From positions 50,154,364-50,218,363 of the forward strand of contig NC_068998.1 in the NCBI RefSeq assembly GCF_001194135.2: a DNA stretch of 64,000 bases, in the 5' to 3' direction. Under the pieces are notes generated by a model. That model was given only the letters and a program-made list of their open reading frames with translations. It was not told where the DNA came from and did not search any database. The DNA is from Octopus bimaculoides. Taxonomy: Eukaryota. The translations under genes and the position numbers were made by a program. How positions within the stretch are numbered: position 1 is the stretch's first letter; the number at the start of each line of letters is the position of its first letter. Shown here in pieces: positions 54,381 to 64,000 of this stretch.

Positions 54381-55805
54381 GGAGGAATTCATTTGAAATG
54401 TCTCACGAGCAACGCGCCAAGATCCAGATTTAAGTAACCGTGAATGAACATAGCAAGTTGGATGTAGGGCGCGGGGAGAATTTGATAAAATTCAAAAATG
54501 GTTATTTATTCCTGTACTTCAAAGTTTCACGCTTAACGATTGAATACACTTCTTAATTATTCAATTAAGCAATTCATTAAACCATTTATGACTCATCAAC
54601 GACAATTGCTATGGACATATAATTATGAAACTCAATAGATACCACCTACATTCAATGTGCCAAGATAAGAATACTGTATTCGTGGTTTGAGTTTTAACTA
54701 CTATTTCTGCCCAGTTCATGTTCAAATGTCTTCAAACTTTAACAGCATGTGTAGAAACGGGTCGAAATTTTCTGTTTAATATTTCATGTTTATCTTTTCG
54801 AGTATAGAAATGGCATTCACTGGAATGGAAAAGGCGTTTCGTGTTTAGGCGTATGATCGAACGCAGTCGAACAAGATTGTGCAACGTGCATTTGTCAGAG
54901 AGTTCTCTAAAAACTCAACAGTTCTCAAAAAGTTCTCTAAAAATGCAATGCAGATTTGGACATATCTGTCAAATATGTTTAATTTATAACTGCTGGAATT
55001 ATAAATCTAAATTCTGTCAATTCCTTTTTTGTGAAGGAATTATAGACGTTTTAGGGAGCAGTAATTCCTGGCCAAACATTTTGATTTCAGACCGTTTTGA
55101 AACTAATACGATTACAGTGTTGTTGAAGCATGCTAAACCTTCAGAATCACGCAGTGAAACATTTATCGTCTGTAATATGGTGTCGAATATTTTGTCATTC
55201 GTAACCGCAACCTGGTCATTGACAATGTTACATAGGAAAGTTTTAATAATGCATGTATTTCAGTGTTCGTATATTTTTCTTCATTCGATTAAATTTGAGG
55301 ACGATTATTCTGTTTTTCAGACGTTTCGGAGAAATACATGAGTGCTTTAATTTACAGTACAAGGTCTGTAGGGATAGGTATAAGGCTAGGACCCTCTGTG
55401 ATGTAAGTGTTTTTTTATTATTCTATATTTGTTGGGAGACGAGTATAACAAAGGTCTAATTAATACAGGATATATCATATTTCTACCTTTTTGTTGAATT
55501 TTCGTTCTTTTAATTCAGACTCACCTTTGTCAAAAGAAATGCCACACTTTGACGGTAGAAACAGCGCAGATTTTGAACAACATGCGCTGCTTCGTTGCAG
55601 CCGTTTCCAATACTACTAATCTATATATTTTCAAATTAGAGCCTAAGACCAATAGCAGAATCAGTCGACCTGGAATATATGTTTGTTAGGTATTCAAAAG
55701 TCATTATTATCCAATGAAGGATTTTGAAAATATAACTCATTAACGAATAGTAATCATACTTGTGACATGCTCGATATGTTTTGTAAAATACTTCAATGAT
55801 ATTTT

Positions 55806-55863
<58 letters not shown>

Positions 55864-55890
55864 CTATCATCATCATCATCATCATCATCA
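55806..55890. repeat. (CAT)n microsatellite in gene H intron 3
   Basis: Directly visible. Confidence 0.95.
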
Positions 55891-58349
55891 CAACTGTTCC
55901 TTTCATCATTTGGGGCTCGGTAAAAAGTGTTAGCTGAACAGCGAGGTCAATGTAACCTTGTAGTCTCTCCTCATAACATTTCTGAGTTTGTGCCTATCGC
56001 AGAAAGGAATATCATTGTCATCGACAATATTATTTCTACTAATTGTTTCACTTATTAATATATTACGTAGCACAGTGTAAGTTCATGGGACAACGAAGTT
56101 GCACACTTCAATTGTATTAACATTAATCAGAAAGTGTATATTACTAGAAACGTTATAGCATATTTGAGGAAATACAGGTCAAACTCATGACGTTTTATTA
56201 TTGAAAATACATTATATACAATTTCTTTGTTTGAATTTATAATTTAACGATGTTACCTCTTTCATTGTATAAAAGCCAGCATCAAGATCCAGTTCCAAGC
56301 AGAAGGTACGTGATGTCATCGCATCTACGGTTTTATCATTTGAAATGCAGTATTAAGGATATTATTTTAATTTACACTAGCATAAATACATATTGTAACA
56401 TAACTACTTTGCTATAGTATATTGTAAATTGATTCATTATATTTGTTAAATATGAGATAAACGACCTAATAATATTCCTAGAGCAATATAACGATATCCA
56501 TCATTACTAGTATTAATAACCAACGCTAAAACTATTAATCCTATAGGAAAAACGATATCAATATAGTTGACGTATATAAAATCCGTAGTTTCTCGAGAGG
56601 TTATGAAATTTATATGCAACACATCGTGCATATTTTCATTCAGCTATTATAGCTATATTCAAACACTCCATTCGAGTGTTAATAGAGACTTTGTATGACT
56701 GAATATTTTAGACAGTAATTCTATTGTCTATTTAGATTAACTTAGATTGAGTTTTCGGTGCAACATGAAATTGCAGCAAACGCGGCCTATGTTTAAATTC
56801 CAGTTTATCATATATCTTGGTGCAACAATTACAATCTGTACTCTATCACTCTGTAATTGTTTTAGCTTCAAAATAAGGTTTCAGATCAAATCCCTTTTAA
56901 TGCAAATATATTTATTTTCCGAAAGCATGTATCAAGATGTTCTACATTTTCTTGTTCTCTTTACAGATAACGTTCAGTGTAGCAATCGTTACTAAAGTTA
57001 TGGGTACATTATTAATGCATAACTAATTAAACGCCATGCTACCATGACAATATTAGCGTGTGATTCTGAAAATTTCAATGAGGCTGCAGTCATGTGTCCT
57101 TGAAACATATTTTTCACAAGAGGATGTATTAAACTATAATTTTTTTTTCTTTCTAACTTATTTCTAATAAAGCCAAGTACGTTCAAAATCTACTTAAGTC
57201 TTGTATTATTTTACTGAATTCAATGCAACTCCAGTTGCCATACTAGAAAACAGTCTAACTTATTCTTACAAATTATATGGCATGAAGCTTTTCCTGAACG
57301 AGTATTTTTAATTTCTCTGCACTCATTCACATTTCTTGCAAAATGCTAGTTTCACAAGGAAGCGAGATAATAAGGAACCCTTTTTTAACTTATATTCATT
57401 CATGTTTTTGCCGCAATATTTTGAATATTTGCCAATAGCTGGCACTTGGGTATATAGTTGATGTTCTAATAAGAGTTATCACGCCTCCTTGCGAGAGATA
57501 GCCAGGTCAGTGTAAAGTTTAAATAATGAAGATCAAAATGATTTCAGAGTTCGAGGTTGAGTGATGTTCGTTCTAGTTCGCAGTGGAATCGGAATGTGTC
57601 GGTTGGAAAGTTCACAAGGAATACTGATTGTCGGTTTGTAAAAAGATTTGTTAGTTCGTTACATTGTTTTTACTGCCCTCTGGTCATCATATTTATTGTA
57701 CGTAATAATTACGTTACGCTATTTTCCGAAGCTCACTAGGTTAACAACTTGTTAAGTAATGGATGACCTATTACTTTGCATAGTACCGTTGCAAACGTAA
57801 AAACAACAGCAGCAACAGCAGTTGCAGAAGCAACTATTGCAGCAACAACTACAATAACAACAAAACAATTATTGGAGCTATATTCAAAGAAGTCCAAAAA
57901 ATGAAGACCGTTTTTGACAGCCGGCGATTCGAAATCGATTAATGAATTCAGTTATAACCCAGAGGAGAGTATAGCATTTGAATCGTAGTACAGAAAGTTT
58001 GTGGAGTGTTTTAAGCAACACTGGAAATCATGGTCGTACGAATAAGAAGTGAGATTGTTAATGCAATACTTAGCACCGTTATAGCATACACTGTACTGTG
58101 ATTTCATGTTGCACCGAAAACCCTATCAAATTTGTTTTAAATAAGCAATAGAATTACTTTACCCTATTTGTTTTTATTTGTGGTTAAGAGCGCGGGCTAC
58201 TAACCCCAAGATTCCGAGATAGATTCCAAGCAGTGATCTGAATAGTAATACCAATAATAACATCGAACAATGCCTTAAGGATGAGAATTATATGAGTGTT
58301 GATAGGTATTTTAAATGAATATGGAAACTACATATTTTACAGCATGAAT

Positions 58350-58900
58350 ATATGATCATTTTTTGTCAATACTTACATTAAGTAGGATATTCTTAGTTGA
58401 AATGATAAAAAAACGTTTCAGTACTGTGTATCTCTTACCTATTTCATCTGCATTGTTGCTATTTTCATTTGGTTTACAATGGGATGTGTGTGTCCTAATA
58501 TGGCTATATTTAGTGTATGTTAACTTTTCATTCTTAACGATGTCTCTGCGTACATTACTTAATTCATTTGCCTCTATATTTCTGCGTACTTCTTTCCCTA
58601 TTAAATTTCTCAATAAAGTGTATGTTTGTACAATGAAGTTCGTTCGGGTTTAGTTGGTCTGTATAGAAATCTTTCAACAAATCTTTATAATCCTCTCTTT
58701 TCCTGTTCATGCATTTTGCTTGAGGTGGTATTATTGGTGGCGCCACTACAGGTCTAGCGTTAGGGTTATCCTGCTTCTGGTTATATAGCAGGTTCATATT
58801 TTTTTGTTTTAGAGTTTGTTCCAGCAGCATAATTTTCTCCCCTAGTCTGCTTTCCCAGTAGGTAACGCGGTCCTTGTCTCGTGGGATGACCAATCGGGCA
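58350..58900 (-). mobile_element. 5' ORF fragment of a non-LTR retrotransposon, probably R4/Dong-like
   Basis: Frameshifted ORFs read MNRKREDYKDLLKDFYTDQLNP and RNIEANELSNVRRDIVKNEKLT, resembling the N-terminus of such elements. Confidence 0.5.
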
Positions 58901-59695
58901 TGAGTTTTAGTTTGTCATTAAAGCATTGACGGTGACAATAGGCGAAGGGTCTGTTTGTTCACGGTTGACTTTTTGACATGATGACACTTCCTAGTTCTTC
59001 AAAGAGATATAAATATCGCATTGTAGAGTGACAGATAGAAAATCGCCTCTATTTTTTTGGACGGTGGTTATGTTTCTGAGTATAACTGTTCGGTGATATC
59101 TTAAGATGAGTGAGAAATTTGCTCCGGAAAGTCGTTTTGTTTTAGTTTGGTATGGCTTTGCTCATTACATGTGTGTTTCCGTTGTTTTCAGTGTGTGTAC
59201 GTGTATGCTGTATAGGTATTATTTATGTTGCTTGTACATATTAGCTTGCACAGATGGATGCATTGACAGGTGCATGTATAGGTAATTATTCAATTTACGA
59301 GTTACTGTGTAATTAGTTTGTTATGCCAGGTTACCTGGTGCTGGTTTCGACACTTTGCGTATGTCACACTGAGATATCACGCATTTAAGAAGGAAACTAC
59401 ACTGTATGAAAGAAACAACTGTCCGAAGTTTTAGTTCTTTTCATTTAACAAGACTTTTCCCATAGTTGTATCGCGAAGTATTCCTTCCATTGCACCGATT
59501 GTATTGGATTAATGTTCTGCAGAGAGGGCTTCTTAGAGAACGTCCATGTTGTAATTGACAGCGGAGCATTTCTTTTATTATTATTATTATTATTGTTGTT
59601 CTTGTTGTTATCATCATTATTATTATTATTATTATTATTATTGTTGTTCTTGTTGTTATCATCATCATTATTATTATTATTATTATTATCATTAC

Positions 59696-59735
<40 letters not shown>

Positions 59736-59739
59736 TTAT

Positions 59740-60572
59740 GTTTGACTTTTGTTTTGCATTTGTACAAGTTGGATCCAAGTCTCACCCAGAGACCTCAAGA
59801 GACAACAAGTTAGAAGTTCATGTAGGTGTTATGCCTAGGGTACCATATATTTGGATTTGTACAGTTTTGTTCAAGTGAACGTTTAAGAAACCATAAGAAA
59901 ATTATGTTTGCTTTAAAATTTGAGATCACATAGACAGTATTTTACGTAGGATATGGGCAGTTCCCATGAGCACTATCTTTTGNNNNNNNNNNNNNNNNNN
60001 NNNNNNNNNNNNNNNNNNNNNNNNNNNNNNNNNNNNNNNNNNNNNNNNNNNNNNNNNNNNNNNNNNNNNNNNNNNNNNNNNNNNNNNNNNNNNNNNNNNN
60101 NNNNNNNNNNNNNNNNNNNNNNNNNNNNNNNNNNNNNNNNNNNNNNNNNNNNNNNNNNNNNNNNNNNNNNNNNNNNNNNNNNNNNNNNNNNNNNNNNNNN
60201 NNNNNNNNNNNNNNNNNNNNNNNNNNNNNNNNNNNNNNNNNNNNNNNNNNNNNNNNNNNNNNNNNNNNNNNNNNNNNNNNNNNNNNNNNNNNNNNNNNNN
60301 NNNNNNNNNNNNNNNNNNNNNNNNNNNNNNNNNNNNNNNNNNNNNNNNNNNNNNNNNNNNNNNNNNNNNNNNNNNNNNNNNNNNNNNNNNNNNNNNNNNN
60401 NNNNNNNNNNNNNNNNNNNNNNNNNNNNNNNNNNNNNNNNNNNNNNNNNNNNNNNNNNNNNNNNNNNNNNNNNNNNNNNNNNNNNNNNNNAATATCTGCA
60501 TTATTCGCTCTCTTTGGGTATTTGCCATTGAGAGCTTTTCCATGCCATTTTTCTGTCATAATAGCTAAGGCA
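59740..60572 (-). mobile_element. 5'-truncated R4/Dong-like non-LTR retrotransposon inserted in a (TAA)n tract
   Basis: KWHGKALNGKYPKR ... QKIVLMGTAHILRKILSM* (the C-terminus of RLE-type elements), then a 3' UTR; (TTA)n tracts lie on both sides (about 59575-59738 and 60574-60657). The middle is an N gap. Confidence 0.7.
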
Positions 60573-60573
60573 G

Positions 60574-60658
<85 letters not shown>

Positions 60659-62507
60659 TATCGGCTTTGCACAACATCTTGTACTAGTGTTTTGTATTGT
60701 GTGTTGTGTGCGTAAAGCGATGGGTTATTGGTCTGCTAGTTGTTTTTTAATTAATTAGGTATTTGCTATATAAACTGTTTCCTGTGTTTGTAGATTTTTT
60801 CGTTTCGTTGGCATTTTTGAATTGATAGTCCCTTGCTTTGGATGAGAGCTGGTCCTAGCCATGGTATTTTGGGGATTGTATGTAGCTTCTACGTTTTTTT
60901 CATGTTTTGAGAAATGTGTAAAAATAAGCATCAAACATTTCCATCATAAGACTCGAATTCTATTTCTTGTAACAAACCGAGAATGTCATAGCAACATATT
61001 AAACTCTCCTGTGTTCTATTACATTTAAGAATTTCTTCTCTTTTTCTATAAAATGTAGTGTACGTGTTTCAAATGAGCACGTTTTTCTCTCTAATTGTTG
61101 AAGACAGGGCGGAATGTGCCAGGCGCCTGTTTGTTGGAATTTGGAAAACAAAGGCGATGAAAGTTTTGCTTTTATGAATTTTATCAAAAGTTATCACCTA
61201 AAATAAGGAACTGATAGAGCAAAACTGAATAAAAATTCCGTGCTCAGCGCACCCAAATTACATAGATCTTGCTGTCAAATCTAGTTTTATTAACAAAAAT
61301 TGAAATTAGTTCATTTCATGGGAGGAGGGATAAACGGAATTGTGGTAGGTGGCTTTAACTTCAAATGAGAAGCAGAGAGAAAGTCAAAGAGAAAGATATT
61401 TCAGATTCGATATTCCACAAAAATCATTGATTATGTGAAGGGGAGCTGTGAAAATGTGTTTCTATCACAATAGACGTGAACTGCCCATCAACTGTCATAG
61501 CATATGACCAGGTGAATAGGTTAAAAGACATGTACAAGTAGGAGAAAATATTTATGATCTGTTGTCTCATATACGAGACATTGTAACAAATATCAAATCT
61601 GTTTATAATATCTATAGACTCGACTCTCAGTAGAAACAACTATAACAATACAATGTAAACGCACTTCTGAAACTTTGTATAGACTTCTAAAAACAATTAA
61701 TACAGTTATATTATATTCTGGTAGCAAGACGTAATACCATGTACCTACAAAATATTAGCTTTCACTTTTTCTGCAATGTTAGAAAAAATGAGATTATAAT
61801 TCGATTTAGATGATTTAATTACCCAATAATTTAAGATGCTTAAAAAATATGTAACATTTACATGTTCATTTTTGCGATCATATATTGAATTATTAAGCAG
61901 TTATTTTTTAGAGAATTAGCGAAGGTTGCAATATATACTTCATTTTCTATTATTAACATAAGTTTGCTGCATTGGTAGACATACATTGTTGCAGAACAAG
62001 CTAATATATCGTATGCGTTTTTAACTCTATGTAATAATATACAATATCATAAGTCATGGAAAAATATGGGGTTAACCTCAACGTCGCTTATCAATCTATA
62101 ATTTAATGGCTTTAGCATTAATTTAAGTCATATTTTAGCCCATACAAACACGCATGTGCCTGTGTTAGTTCTGAAAGACTGCCTACATTCGTTCCATCTT
62201 TTGAATACAAAACGGTACCATTAGGAACATTCGTTATGAAACGTAACAATTACCAATGGAAACTCAAAAAATCTATTTGAAGTAAACATTTTGTAATAGC
62301 CAATGAAGACATAATTAATAAGTTGTCAGATATAAAATTTAAATGGACAAACATTTCACCTCAGTAATATATCACCCATCGAATTAATAAATTACAAAAG
62401 TCCAATCTAACATATGTCACTACATATTTCGAACTATAATTAAAAATATTGAAGATGTATAAATAAACGATTACATTTTCTGAGTAGCGTGAGGAAGAGG
62501 CAGAAGC

Positions 62508-62952
62508 ATGAGATACCTTATTTTACTTTTATTTGCTATTCGGTTTGGTATGTAGAAACAGGAAAATATTTCTTTTATATGTCTGATGTATCGATACTAT
62601 TATTATATTATATTTTGATATTATATATTATATATTGATAATATTCGTATAAATATCTCTGCATCAGTATATCATGAAAGTTCTCAATGAAATTATTATC
62701 TTATTAATTTATACCTACAGCTTTATATTTTTTATCTATCAATTTACCTGCACTTCCTACAGTTTGCGTCTATATTTCTCAGTAAATAACTTTATAACTG
62801 GTTTGTAACTCATATATATATNNNNNNNNNNNNNNNNNNNNNNNNNNNNNNNNNNNNNNNNNNNNNNNNNNNNNNNNNNNNNNNNNNNNNNNNNNNNNNN
62901 NNNNNNNNNNNNNNNNNNNNNNNNNNNNNNNNNNNNNNNNNNNNNNNNNNNN

Positions 62953-62986
<34 letters not shown>

Positions 62987-63777
62987 GTTCGTAATTCTAT
63001 TTGGGCATTCTGCCGGTAATAATGGACACACGCAACTCATTAGAAAGCTCCTAGTAAGTAAGTAGTTAAGTACATGAAGGAATATTAAACTAATTCTATT
63101 CTTCTCTTCCTAATGTTGAAAATTATTATATACACACATTTTAAATATTCTGGTTATAATATCTTTGTTAATAATCTTAAATTCTATCATTATACAACAT
63201 AACAAATTTGTTTATATACAATCACCCATTGTAACTCATGATCCTTTCCTCTGTATTAATATTATAGGTTTTATTAGCATCTTGCTCATTTAACTGGTAA
63301 TTAACATCTTGATTTCGGGTTTTCCTCCACCCACACTCCGTTATTGACAGCTACTTTATACTAATCCTAAAATCCTGACGATATTTATGACCATACCCAG
63401 CTATGTGCTAACAAATCACTCCGGGACTCCATTCTAAACAGACACAGTCTTCTAGTCTTAGATATTGTAGCTGATAATAGAATTGATCCACAATCATTTA
63501 GAAGCTATGACCCTAAAAAAGCTACGTACAGTTCTTACAAGTGTAGTATATTCTTAGCTACATTAGGGGCAACTTGGACTAATTCCCTATTGTCTGCTCT
63601 ATTAGAGCATTGGAGTAAAATTATATTCAAGTGTCAAACTGATTAAAACATTCTATTTTTTTTATTTATTTATGCAGCTGAATCCAGAATTATCCCTACG
63701 GGTGAATGCATCGCATTAGACACCCAACGTTGTAAAATTGCCTATGATAGGTTTAAGATCAAGAAAACAATGTGCAA
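62508..63777 (+). CDS. Gene I (5' part; runs off the window end): secreted Cys-rich family member
   Basis: Exon 1 62508-62547 and exon 2 63678-63777 read MRYLILLLFAIRFAESRIIPTGECIALDTQRCKIAYDRFKIKKTMC, with C-x7-C-x13-C and a phase-2 donor gtatgt. Confidence 0.85.
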
Positions 63778-64000
63778 GTATGTATCATAATATAAAACAT
63801 CTATACACACATACATATATACACACCCATTCAAGGATAGCAAAATCCTATGGAAGTCATTGTTAATTACCTATACAAAGAATATTGAACATCATATTTA
63901 ATACTCAGCTGCAAGGTAACTATATAAACCGTGGTTTATATATATTTTATTTACTATAATAATAAGATGAGAAAATAGAAAGTCAATTAATAAATTATTA

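Larger units (their letters stand above)
52006..57026 (+). pseudogene. Gene H: family member with ATG>ACG start and remodelled exon 2 (pseudogene or non-AUG-initiated, 92 aa)
   Basis: Exons 52006-52042 (ACG AGA; paralogs G and I have ATG AGA), 53403-53472, 55321-55402, 56276-56305 (weak AAG acceptor), 56967-57026. Translation: (T)RQRILIIFLLIGDVVMGDKCIFYEWSSCKDYGYCRRFGEIHECFNLQYKVCRDRYKARTLCDPASRSSSKQKITFSVAIVTKVMGTLLMHN*. Confidence 0.7.

Noticed and set aside
59441-60758. Poly-Ile/Leu/Tyr ORFs
   Set aside because: They are (TTA)n/(TAA)n microsatellite translations.
6988-63040. Long ORFs in the track made of X, IY, HT or CV runs
   Set aside because: They are translations of N gaps and (TA)n/(CA)n microsatellites. 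The 13 gaps could hide sequence, but no gene model here needs an exon inside one.
1-64000. CRISPR arrays, rRNA, true tRNA genes and prokaryote-type operons
   Set aside because: None were seen. The tRNA-like boxes belong to SINE heads, and the regularly spaced similar segments are spliced paralogous exons, not repeat-spacer units.

Overview
AT-rich, microsatellite- and gap-rich eukaryotic genomic DNA; the SINE/LINE content suggests an octopus-like cephalopod (inference). The ORF track is almost entirely microsatellite or N-gap artefacts and transposon debris. Reading for spliced micro-exons reveals a + strand head-to-tail tandem array, spaced about 6-10 kb, of nine paralogous five-exon genes, here called A-I. 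A lacks its 5' exons and I lacks its 3' exons within the window; H has lost its ATG; a further relic lies at about 26-27.3 kb. Each gene encodes a ~92-110 aa protein: a signal peptide (exon 1, 37/40 nt), a six-cysteine domain C-x7-C-x13-C-x8-C-x7-C-x9-C (exons 2-3), a Ser-rich micro-exon (30-39 nt) and a 19-aa hydrophobic C-terminus (exon 5, always 60 nt including the stop) that looks like a GPI-anchor signal. Intron phases (1,2,0,0) and Cys positions are conserved while the inter-Cys residues are hypervariable. The C3-C5 motif resembles neuritin/RGM-N helical domains. Seven copies share a palindromic E-box 83-97 bp upstream of the start. Between the genes lie Chapaev-like, mariner, Penelope-like, R4/Dong-like and LINE fragments, tRNA-derived SINEs, microsatellites and 13 assembly gaps. 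All models are hand-derived from GT-AG sites and paralog comparison, with no expression data.
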